In this document: one piece after another, positions 55,798 through 64,000 of the stretch
Numbering within the stretch: the stretch's first letter is position 1
Layout: the number at the start of each line of letters is the position of its first letter
Source: Alphaproteobacteria bacterium
Lineage (GTDB): Bacteria; Pseudomonadota; Alphaproteobacteria; GCA-2731375
Reading direction: 5' to 3'
Assembly: GCA_030752605.1 (NCBI GenBank)
Contig: JASMDX010000014.1
Location: 2,013-66,012, forward strand
Length of the DNA stretch: 64,000 bases
Notes under the pieces: model-generated
Seen by the model: only the letters and a program-made list of their open reading frames with translations
The model's database searches: none
Told to the model about the DNA's origin: nothing
Translations under genes and position numbers: made by a program

Positions 55798-56500
55798 ATG
55801 CGGTGGATTGTGCCTCTTTTTTGTCTGTTGGCCAGCATTGGCCTATCGCCCGCCACACATGCGCTTGAAAACATCGTTACCGACTTCAATAAATCGGCAC
55901 GAGACATGCGGGTCGTTTACCCACGGGTAATTCTTGATCAAGTGATGGCACTGATGACGAAACAGTTCGGTGCCTACTAAATTCAACCCTTTGGCCAGGC
56001 GCTTTCACGCAAACGCGCGTTGGATGAATTGCAGGCGGGCCGGATAATCGTGTTCGAGGCACCAACGCAAAGGACATGGGAAGAAAGCACCATTCCCATC
56101 GGCATCCGCATTCGCGAAGGGCTCTTGAGTTATAAAATCACCGAGGACAGGCTTGGCATTTTGGCGGCTAGGCTCACCGCGTCCAACAAACCAGCCGGCA
56201 AGACAAGGGCACCAAAGCAACTTACCGCCAAGCCGAAAAAATATTCTGGGGCATTCAGATCGGCGCCTACAACCCAGGGTAGGGACGAAAGGATCCTGGG
56301 ACGAATTCATCGTCAACCCGTTGGCGATTGAATTGACAGAGGCCACGGTTCACTACGTTCCCACCAAGCCGAACAAAAAGGGCAAAACATTAACGCTGAT
56401 CGTCGTCAACGAATATTCCGACCACAAAGCCGCCAATAAAGCCTACGACGACCTAAAGGAAAACGGCCTCGACTGTGTCGCCATCCTCGTTAGACCCTGA
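55798..56500 (+). pseudogene. Hypothetical secreted protein disrupted by an in-frame TAA and a frameshift
   Basis: A signal peptide MRWIVPLFCLLASIGLSPATHA begins ORF 55798..55980. The same frame continues after the TAA at 55981-55983 to 56331. The C-terminal part (...VHYVPTKPNKKGKTLTLIVVNEYSDHKAANKAYDDLKENGLDCVAILVRP) lies in another frame, 56153..56500. The local GC content is lower than in the surrounding sequence. Confidence 0.4.
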
Positions 56501-56582
56501 CGGACGATCTTGTCGCAGGCGGCCAAGTGTGCTCCGCTAGCACCAAGTTGCGATGGTTGCCGTGGATTTGGAGGAGAGACCG

Positions 56583-58319
56583 ATGCGCAGGACGCGGCTC
56601 AGCTTTGGCGAACGCCTGATCGCTATTCTCAAACAGGAAGGCGTCGAGGTAATATTCTCTCAGGGCGACCTTTCTATGAAGGATATCCAACTGCATGCCG
56701 AGGCCCAGGGCCTGAAGGTTGTCGGCCCTCGCCACGAGGCCTCCGCCATTTTCATGGCCATGGGCTATCACGCCATGACCGGCAAGGTTCAAGTCGCCAT
56801 TGGCGCGCCGGGCCCGGGCCAGGCCAATTTGCTGCCCGCCGCCATTACCGCCGCCCAGGAACATATTCCCGTCATTATCTTTGGTGCCCGCCGCCAGCAC
56901 GCGGTCGATACCGCAGTACGACGTGGCCGCTGGCTGTATGCCTCCCTGCTGCCCAACTTCAAGGAGGTCTGCAAATTCGCCGCCAAGCTGGAACAGCTTA
57001 GCCATCTCGATGAAGTGGTGCATGAGGCCTTCCGCCAAGCATTGAGCGGCACGCCGGGGCCGGTCTATATCGAATATGACGCTGAGCTTAACGAGAGGTC
57101 AGCCGATTTCCCCAGCCTCCCATCGCCCAGCCGCTACCGTGCGCCGGCGCAACCGGCACCGGCGGGGGCGATTGAAGATGCCCACCGAATGCTGCGAGCG
57201 GCGCGCGCTCCCATATTGCTGGCCGGCGCAGGGGTGCAGCGTTCGCGGGCCCAGGGCGCCTTTGTTAAATTGGCGCATAGGCTGAAATGCCCCGTGCTAA
57301 CAACCTTGGGCGGTGCCGGCGCCTTTCCAGAGACCGAGGCGCAATGGCTGCGTTATATGGGCCAGGCGGGCGGCAAAGCTATCGCGGCAGCGGATTTGCT
57401 GTTGGTGGTCGGAACGTGTTTGCCGGAAACCGCGAACTATGGCCGCCTGCAAAACTTCGCGGCCAATGACGAAGGCCGGCAGGTCATCCTGATCGAACCC
57501 GATGCCGCCGCCGTCGGGGTCAATCGCCCCATCGACCTGGCGCTTATCGGACAGATTGATCTGGTGCTGGCGCAGTTGCTCGAGACGGTGGGCGACGGCG
57601 CCGCGTTCCCGGAACATGCCGAGCTTGAAAAATGGCGCAAGTCCTCGAAGGCAGAGGATAAGGCGTTGATGGATAACCTGCCGCGCTCCAACCGTTTGCA
57701 TCCCGGGCATTTGATGATCGAGGCGCGCAAGGCGGTGCCCGAGGAAGCGGTCATTGTCGTCGATGGCGGGCTGACCATGCTCTATCAATATGCCTTCTTC
57801 GAAAAGCAATCCGCCGAGTTCATTTATACCGCCAATTTCGGCCATCTCGGCTCCGGCATGGGGCTGGCGATTGGGGCCCAGCTGGCGGCACAATCAGATA
57901 CCGGGCGGGCCCAGCCGGTTTGCCTGATCTCCGGCGACGGCGCCCTGGGTTTTCACATCATGGATTTCGAAACCGCCGTGCGCCACAGCCTGCCCATCGT
58001 CATCGTCCTCAACGACGATCAGGCGCTGGGTGCGGAAATGGCCCAGCACATGCAGCATATCGGCCACGAAATCCAGGTCACCTTCAGCCCGGTCAACTAC
58101 GCGGCAATGGCCGAGGCGATGGGCGGCATTGGCATCCGGGTGGAACGGCGCGAGGATATCGCGGCGGCCGTCAAAGAGGCGTTTACGCAGGCAGCCGCGC
58201 GGAACAAGCCGGCGATCGTACAGGTCCCCACCGATCAGGATGCTTCCTACACATATCCGGTGCCCTATGTCGGCGAACTCGCGGGCTGGAAGGGGGCGGA
58301 TGTTCTGGCGCGGATTTAG
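56583..58319 (+). CDS. Thiamine-pyrophosphate enzyme of the acetolactate-synthase-like family (sulfoacetaldehyde acetyltransferase/Xsc-like?)
   Basis: Three-domain ALS-like architecture with the TPP motif ISGDGALGFH...VLNDD. A strong GGAGGAG Shine-Dalgarno sequence precedes the ATG at 56583. It is in an operon with the ComA-family gene (49-bp gap). Confidence 0.8.
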   Translation: MRRTRLSFGERLIAILKQEGVEVIFSQGDLSMKDIQLHAEAQGLKVVGPRHEASAIFMAMGYHAMTGKVQVAIGAPGPGQANLLPAAITAAQEHIPVIIFGARRQHAVDTAVRRGRWLYASLLPNFKEVCKFAAKLEQLSHLDEVVHEAFRQALSGTPGPVYIEYDAELNERSADFPSLPSPSRYRAPAQPAPAGAIEDAHRMLRAARAPILLAGAGVQRSRAQGAFVKLAHRLKCPVLTTLGGAGAFPETEAQWLRYMGQAGGKAIAAADLLLVVGTCLPETANYGRLQNFAANDEGRQVILIEPDAAAVGVNRPIDLALIGQIDLVLAQLLETVGDGAAFPEHAELEKWRKSSKAEDKALMDNLPRSNRLHPGHLMIEARKAVPEEAVIVVDGGLTMLYQYAFFEKQSAEFIYTANFGHLGSGMGLAIGAQLAAQSDTGRAQPVCLISGDGALGFHIMDFETAVRHSLPIVIVLNDDQALGAEMAQHMQHIGHEIQVTFSPVNYAAMAEAMGGIGIRVERREDIAAAVKEAFTQAAARNKPAIVQVPTDQDASYTYPVPYVGELAGWKGADVLARI

Positions 58320-58368
58320 AGCGGCTTTTCCATTAGTATTACCTTGCAGCTTAGCCGAAAGATGAGCC

Positions 58369-59166
58369 ATGCCAACAACACCAGCCTTTCCCTTTATTTC
58401 CCTTGATCCGCGCCGAAGCCTAAAAAAACCACGCGCCGCCGGCCTGACCATGGTCTCCGACTACCAACTCGGCATGATCGCACTACAAGATCTGCTTGAT
58501 GTTGGCGGCGACTATATGGACATTTTTAAGGTAGCGACGGGCACCGCACGGCTGTTCGAACGCGGCCATCTAATCGCGAAGCTGGAGCTTCTTGGCCACC
58601 ATTCCGTACGTTCCTTGCTGGGTGGGCAATTCCAGGAATATGTCCTCCATACCATGGGGATGGATGCCTTTCCCCGGCATCTGGAAGAGGCCAGCGCGGT
58701 CGGTTTCGATCTGATCGAAATATCCGACAATGTGGTTGATCTGGGGCCCGGCACCCGGGAACGGCTGTTCGATGCCGTCCGCGCCGCCGGCCTGACACCG
58801 GTGGGCGAGATCGGCGACAAACGCGAACATTCGGCCGCGCAAGCCATCGTAGCCGAAGTGCAAGAGGTGCTCGGCCTCGGTGCCGAACTGGCCTTGATCG
58901 AGGGGGCCGAGTTGATGCTCGATGGCCAGCCCAATGAGGATCTGATCCTGACCCTGAAGCGTGAGGTCGAAATAGACCGCTGCATGTTCGAGCTGGCCAC
59001 GCCGAGGGTCGGTAGCACGGCGCCACAGATTTACGCAGCCAAGAAATTTTTGATCAAAACCTTTGGCCCGGACGTCAATCTGGGAAACGTAACCCCGGAT
59101 GTGGTGATCGAAACGGAAACCACCCGCTTGGGCCTTGGCTCTGCCGGACCGCTTGACCTGATGTGA
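58369..59166 (+). CDS. (2R)-phospho-3-sulfolactate synthase (ComA) family protein
   Basis: N-terminal PRRSLKKPRAAGLTMVSD, VATGTARL and a 265-aa length match the ComA/PF02679 family. Confidence 0.65.
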   Translation: MPTTPAFPFISLDPRRSLKKPRAAGLTMVSDYQLGMIALQDLLDVGGDYMDIFKVATGTARLFERGHLIAKLELLGHHSVRSLLGGQFQEYVLHTMGMDAFPRHLEEASAVGFDLIEISDNVVDLGPGTRERLFDAVRAAGLTPVGEIGDKREHSAAQAIVAEVQEVLGLGAELALIEGAELMLDGQPNEDLILTLKREVEIDRCMFELATPRVGSTAPQIYAAKKFLIKTFGPDVNLGNVTPDVVIETETTRLGLGSAGPLDLM

Positions 59167-59188
59167 CCGCGAATTGCCCGGAAATGCG

Positions 59189-60046
59189 CTAAATATCGAA
59201 ATGCATGACTGGCTCGAACAGCCCGGCCTTGAAGATCAGCACACGGAAGGTGAAAAAACCCGCCAGCACGCCGACCGCACCCACGGCCTGGCTTGTTGGC
59301 GCGCCGCCGCCCAGCCACAACGCCGCGAAAGGCAGCAGGATACCCGCCGCCAATACCACACCATGGAACCATTTGGCGTAAAGCGTCCTGATCAGCAACT
59401 CCGCTGACAGCTTGCCGCCAGGCGCCCCATGATAAGCGCCGTACAGAAGGCCAAGAAGCATCATCAAATCCGCCAGTAACAATCCCATCGCCAGATAGCT
59501 CAACTGGGTTGCCAGTCCGCCCCCCGCCAACGGCAGCGTCAGAACGACACCGCCGGTCAGACCATAAAGCAAAGAGGAAATAGGCATCATTGCCGTGTTC
59601 CAAAGGGCAACTGCACTGGACTGAGACATCGCGAAACCTTGATAGGTCATCACGATCAATGCCGAAGCTCCAGCCAGCCATGGCAACAGACCGCCCAACG
59701 GCACAGCGCCAGCCGTCATGACATTTATCGTGTGCAAGATACCTGCACCCATAAAAACAATGGTCGCGATCAAACCGCGGCTGGTCCAGGAGCGGTCAGG
59801 GCGCAAAATGGCGCGCCAGGATTTTCCCGGCACGCCCATGTGGGTCAAATGAAAGAATGGCTTGCCGATACCCTTGATTAGCAAGCCGAGGATCATGCCC
59901 GGCACCACGCCACAAAGCATCGAGACAAGAAACAGTCCCGCACCCAGTTCGCCGCAGAAGAAAGCGGCCGCCATTGCCGCACCCCAATGCCGCTGGGCGC
60001 GGCAGCCCAAACGAAAATTGTCGCCAACCATTTCAGCTTTTTGCAT
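59189..60046 (-). CDS. NrfD/PsrC-type membrane anchor subunit of a molybdoenzyme (SoeC-like)
   Basis: 285 aa with about 8 TM segments in an NrfD-like pattern. Last gene of the A-B-C operon. Confidence 0.7.
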   Translation of the reverse strand: MQKAEMVGDNFRLGCRAQRHWGAAMAAAFFCGELGAGLFLVSMLCGVVPGMILGLLIKGIGKPFFHLTHMGVPGKSWRAILRPDRSWTSRGLIATIVFMGAGILHTINVMTAGAVPLGGLLPWLAGASALIVMTYQGFAMSQSSAVALWNTAMMPISSLLYGLTGGVVLTLPLAGGGLATQLSYLAMGLLLADLMMLLGLLYGAYHGAPGGKLSAELLIRTLYAKWFHGVVLAAGILLPFAALWLGGGAPTSQAVGAVGVLAGFFTFRVLIFKAGLFEPVMHFDI

Positions 60047-60049
60047 GGG

Positions 60050-60673
60050 TTAATCCACGTAGTAGACGCTGGGTTGGGTGTTCTTCTCGGGCATCGGCGT
60101 GCGGCCGTTGCGCCGGCGGATCAGTTTACTGGCCTTGCTATCGGGATCGCTCCGGTCGCCAAAGATCCGCGCTTCGGTGGGGCAGCTGACAACGCAGGCG
60201 GGCTGCAGCCCGCGATCAACGCGAGCGCTGCAGAAATCGCACTTGGCCACCGTACCGGTCTGCCAGCGCTCGTCCCGGTCCGCCTCAAAAGCCTGTCTGT
60301 TACCTTCGCCGAAATAGCTCTTTTGCAGGATTGCCTTGGTTAGCTGCGTTCGGTTGTCGTAGGGGCAGGCGACAGCGCAGGCGTTACAGCCGATGCATTT
60401 CTCCTGATCGACCATCACGATGCCGTCGTCCCGTGTATGGGTGGCATCGGAAGGGCAGGCCTTCTCACAGGGCGCATCCTCGCAATGATTACACAAAGTG
60501 GGGATATAGTGGCGCCGAACATTGGGAAAGGAACCCACTTCGGTGACAAAGGTGCGGGTGAAGAAAACATCCTCCGGCAGGCTGTTTTCCGTCTTGCAGG
60601 CGACAACGCAGGCATTGCAGCCAATGCAACGGTTCAGATCGAACACCATGCCCCATTTTGTCATGACCGGCAC
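60050..60673 (-). CDS. Four-cluster [4Fe-4S] ferredoxin subunit (DmsB/NarH/SoeB-like)
   Basis: Four CxxCxxCxxxCP motifs; 207 aa. Confidence 0.85.
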   Translation of the reverse strand: MPVMTKWGMVFDLNRCIGCNACVVACKTENSLPEDVFFTRTFVTEVGSFPNVRRHYIPTLCNHCEDAPCEKACPSDATHTRDDGIVMVDQEKCIGCNACAVACPYDNRTQLTKAILQKSYFGEGNRQAFEADRDERWQTGTVAKCDFCSARVDRGLQPACVVSCPTEARIFGDRSDPDSKASKLIRRRNGRTPMPEKNTQPSVYYVD

Positions 60674-60676
60674 ACC

Positions 60677-63244
60677 CTAACTTTCCACCTTTTGGATTTT
60701 CACCTTACCGATGGTTTCCATGGTGCCCCCCAGCATGCCGGTGTGGGCCAGATCAATGGCAAGATGGGCGTTCTGGCTGATGCCGATGCCGTCAGCCACG
60801 GGATGATGGCTGCCCCGGCCAAAGCCGCCCGAGATGGCCGCTGTTTGGGGATGGATGCCCTCGGACAGGCCGACAACACCCTTGGCTTTGGCATGGCGCG
60901 ATTCAACCCAAACGGCATCGCCTTCCTTCAGCGATCTGGCCTTGGCGGTGGTGGCATTGATCACCACCTTGATTAGCTGCGGATCCCGTTTCGCCACATC
61001 CATGAGGATCGGATTGGTCGCCGTATCGGCATAGGTGGTCATGGCGGATTTGTAGGAGATGACATAGAAGTCGAACTCCGCATCTACCGCATGAACGGGA
61101 CTGGCCTCCCAAAACGGCACTCCCTTGTAGACATCGGTACGGATTCGCAGCCCGTGCTTCTTCTCTATCTCGTGGCGGGCCAGGTTTTCCTTCAACTCAT
61201 CGCCGACCGTCTTGATATAGTTAAAGAACAGCGGCAGCCTGGCATCTCCATATATGCAGTATTTCTGATCCGGCTTGAGAGGCTGGAAATCATTGCCATA
61301 TCGCTGGTACCAGGCAAGATCCTTGCTGCCCTGGGAATGGCATTTGGCCTGAATATCCAGAACCTCGTCGTGGCGGTATTTGCGTTTGAGGTCCAATTCG
61401 AAAGGCGGTGACAGACCCAAAGTCCGGTTCAGGGCCGCATTGAAGCCGTTCGGGCCGAACAGGAAATCCGCCCGTTCCGCCAGCTCAATCAGGATATCCA
61501 TACCATCCATGGTGTCATGCAGCGGCGGCACCACCGGCTGCGCCACCTGCAGGCCCACCCTGTCGTGGCTCCAATTAATGAAATTGTAGCGCTCCAGGTA
61601 GGTATGTTCAGGCAAGACCACGTCGGCGAAATCGGTCGCTTCATCAAGGTAGATATTGATGGAGACCACGAGATCGAGTTTCTTCAGAGCCCTCGCGACG
61701 ACGCTGCCATCACCGCTATTGGTGAACGGGTTGGAATGATAGATCACCAGCGCCTCGGGCGCGTAGTCAAAGCCGAAGTTCTCCGGATTGAGTGTCGTCC
61801 ACGGCACCAAATGCCCCATGTCGCAGGCCAGCGGGCCGTAGTCCCGCAATTCCAGGCTCTTCGGCGGATAGGAAAACGGCGTATAGAGATGCCAGCCGGT
61901 GGAATGAGGCTGGATCATGCCGTCTTCGCCCTTGGCCAGCATGCGCGGTCCGCCGCCAAAACGCCGCGCGTCCATGCTTTTGGGCAGCTGGCCGCCGGGC
62001 ACGCCGAGGGCACCGACCAGCATTAGGACCGTTTCCTGGGCCAACATGGCATTGGCCCCGTTGGTATGCGCCTGCAGGCCGCGATAGGACAGCATGGATA
62101 CGGGCCGGTAGGGGTATTCGACGCCATCGATAACGATGGTCTGGCCGATACAGGCGGCGGCGGCGAATTCCTCGGTGATGCGCCGGATCGTGGCCGCCGG
62201 AATATCGCAAATGCCCTCCGCCCACTCCGGCGTATAGCTTGTCGTTTCATCCTTCAGGTACTGGAACGCCGGCACGCATTCGACGCCATCGACGACGTAG
62301 CTGCCCTCAAGGCTGTAATCGCCAATAGAGCCGTCCTCAAAGGACTTCGCAACACCCGCCGCCGCGTCCCAGACCAGCGGTTTGCCAGTTGCCGGATCGG
62401 TCACGAAATTCCTTTCGGGGTCCAGCAGATAAGGCGCATTGGTACCCTTCTTTAGCCACTCGGCATCATAGATTCCGTATTCGTGCAGCAGCAGATAAAT
62501 CATCGCCAGCAGCAGAGCCAGATCCGTGGCTGGCTTGATCGGCAGCCAGTCATCGGCCTTACTGGCGGCCACGGAGAGGCGGGGATCGGCGACCACCAGC
62601 TTTAGTCCCCGCTCCCGCGCCTCGGCCAGTTCACGCGCGATCCTGACCGATGACTGATAGGCCCCAAAGCCGTATTCCGAGCCCAGCAGGATCAGATAAT
62701 TGCAGTATTCCAGATCGGGGAATTCGACCAAGGCGCCGTGGGTGATCATGCCGACGAAATGATTGGGGTTGGCGCATTGGTTGGAGACGCCGCTAAAACA
62801 AAAACCGTTGTTCGTGGTACCGTAGGCCGCGCCCCAGGCAATGGATTGGATATATTTTTCATACGGCCACAGGGAACAGATCAACTTGTTCGGATTTTCC
62901 TGGCGGATCGTCCGCAATTTATCCCCGACCAGATCGAGCGCTTCCTCCCAACTTGCCTCGCGCCACTTGGGATCGATATTCCTGCCCTTTTCAGGGTTGG
63001 TGCGGATCAGCGGCGTCTTTACCCGGTATGGATCGTAGTACTTAGAGACCCCGGATAAGCCCCGCGCGCACAGATGGCCCAATGTATTGGGATCGTCGGC
63101 ATCGCCTCTGATCCGGACCGGATTGCCGTCCTTGACCTGGACAACGATGCCACAGGCATTGAAGCACTGCTGACAATGGCTCTTGATCCATATCTCAGCC
63201 GGCGTCTCCGAAACTTCGGCACCAGCTGCATTTTGAGCTTCCAT
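60677..63244 (-). CDS. Molybdopterin (bis-MGD) oxidoreductase catalytic subunit without a Tat signal (SoeA-like sulfite dehydrogenase candidate)
   Basis: N-terminal FeS motif CQQCFNACGIVV...C, no twin-arginine signal peptide and an 855-aa length. It is followed by the FeS and NrfD subunits in the order A-B-C. Confidence 0.8.
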   Translation of the reverse strand: MEAQNAAGAEVSETPAEIWIKSHCQQCFNACGIVVQVKDGNPVRIRGDADDPNTLGHLCARGLSGVSKYYDPYRVKTPLIRTNPEKGRNIDPKWREASWEEALDLVGDKLRTIRQENPNKLICSLWPYEKYIQSIAWGAAYGTTNNGFCFSGVSNQCANPNHFVGMITHGALVEFPDLEYCNYLILLGSEYGFGAYQSSVRIARELAEARERGLKLVVADPRLSVAASKADDWLPIKPATDLALLLAMIYLLLHEYGIYDAEWLKKGTNAPYLLDPERNFVTDPATGKPLVWDAAAGVAKSFEDGSIGDYSLEGSYVVDGVECVPAFQYLKDETTSYTPEWAEGICDIPAATIRRITEEFAAAACIGQTIVIDGVEYPYRPVSMLSYRGLQAHTNGANAMLAQETVLMLVGALGVPGGQLPKSMDARRFGGGPRMLAKGEDGMIQPHSTGWHLYTPFSYPPKSLELRDYGPLACDMGHLVPWTTLNPENFGFDYAPEALVIYHSNPFTNSGDGSVVARALKKLDLVVSINIYLDEATDFADVVLPEHTYLERYNFINWSHDRVGLQVAQPVVPPLHDTMDGMDILIELAERADFLFGPNGFNAALNRTLGLSPPFELDLKRKYRHDEVLDIQAKCHSQGSKDLAWYQRYGNDFQPLKPDQKYCIYGDARLPLFFNYIKTVGDELKENLARHEIEKKHGLRIRTDVYKGVPFWEASPVHAVDAEFDFYVISYKSAMTTYADTATNPILMDVAKRDPQLIKVVINATTAKARSLKEGDAVWVESRHAKAKGVVGLSEGIHPQTAAISGGFGRGSHHPVADGIGISQNAHLAIDLAHTGMLGGTMETIGKVKIQKVES

Positions 63245-63386
63245 CTTCCGCTACCACATATGATTTGGCGGTAACGATAGCATAACGCTTCGTCCGAGGC
63301 GTGCTTTTGCATACATTGCCGCCGCACTAGCTTGCTATCGTAATGTGGTATCATGCCGACGTGCGGCATCGAAAAAGGATTGAAGC

Positions 63387-64000
63387 ATGACCACAGTGGG
63401 AGACGACACGACCGAGACCCCGGAAACGGTTCTGGCCAAGCTGGAAGCCCTGCGGGCCAAACGGGGCTACCTACTGCCGCATCACGGGTTGATGGCCGTG
63501 GGCGAGCCTGATCTGCTGGCTGCCTATGACCAGATGTACACTACGTTGACCCTGGGTACGCGGATATTGGACGAGCGCAGCAAGGAAATCATTTGGCTGG
63601 TCATTTTGACCACCACGTCGGAGGCCATCGCCACCCATCATATCCAGCGCATGCATGAGGCTGGCGGGACCGATGGGGAAATCGAAACGGCGGTACGCCT
63701 GGCCGCCTATGCCCGGGGCGCTGATTATTTCACTTTCGTGCGTCAACACTGGGCCCCGCACCTAGCGGACTATGACGCCGTCAGGGCCTATCGCGACGGT
63801 CTGGACGCTCTAGTGGCCGGTAGCGGCATTGAACCGGGCTGCGTGGAAATGGCCTTGGCCGCGGCCCATGCCTGCCAGCGGCGCTGGGAATGGGTCGATG
63901 AACACATTATAGGCGCCTACCGCGAAGGCATCGTCGAGCGCGCCTTGCTGGAAGCGTTTAGCCTGATGATGTTCCCCGGCAGTATACCCAATTTCGTCGA
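63387..64000 (+). CDS. Carboxymuconolactone decarboxylase/AhpD-like family protein (3' end outside the window)
   Basis: ATG at 63387 with an AAAAAGGA Shine-Dalgarno sequence. Two CMD-like halves are present; no stop codon occurs before the window ends. Confidence 0.55.
   Translation, partial: MTTVGDDTTETPETVLAKLEALRAKRGYLLPHHGLMAVGEPDLLAAYDQMYTTLTLGTRILDERSKEIIWLVILTTTSEAIATHHIQRMHEAGGTDGEIETAVRLAAYARGADYFTFVRQHWAPHLADYDAVRAYRDGLDALVAGSGIEPGCVEMALAAAHACQRRWEWVDEHIIGAYREGIVERALLEAFSLMMFPGSIPNFV

Overview
This is a high-GC (~63%) alphaproteobacterial chromosomal window, most likely Rhodospirillales-like. It is densely coding, with no rRNA, tRNA, CRISPR arrays, transposases or prophage genes found.

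The backbone is housekeeping: isocitrate dehydrogenase (icd), alanyl-tRNA synthetase (alaS), glutathione reductase (gor), class II DAHP synthase, the bamD-recN-ligA block, cold-shock protein (cspA), exonuclease III (xth), UvrB and a UbiH-type hydroxylase. Accessory catabolic islands sit between these: a PHB locus (phaR, class III-like phaC, a phaB remnant), an acyl-CoA/flavin-monooxygenase cluster, and a gentisate cluster.

The most interesting region is the 3' end (56.5-63.2 kb). It holds an acetolactate-synthase-like TPP enzyme, a ComA-family (phosphosulfolactate synthase) gene, and a convergent three-gene molybdoenzyme without a Tat signal. That molybdoenzyme looks like the cytoplasm-facing sulfite dehydrogenase SoeABC. 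Together these read as a candidate sulfite/organosulfonate module.

The second notable signal is a high density of inactivated accessory genes while every large housekeeping gene is intact. There are seven such genes:
- phaB, with an in-frame ~100-aa internal deletion.
- Three genes with single-base frameshifts (cytochrome c, a small exported protein, a GNAT acetyltransferase).
- Two genes with in-frame stop codons (a second GNAT, a PAS/DUF1457 gene).
- One secreted hypothetical carrying both a stop and a frameshift.

Several palindromic or direct-repeat candidate operator sites and one clean Rho-independent terminator (after icd) are also recorded. All calls come from reading the translations and DNA directly; no database search was possible.
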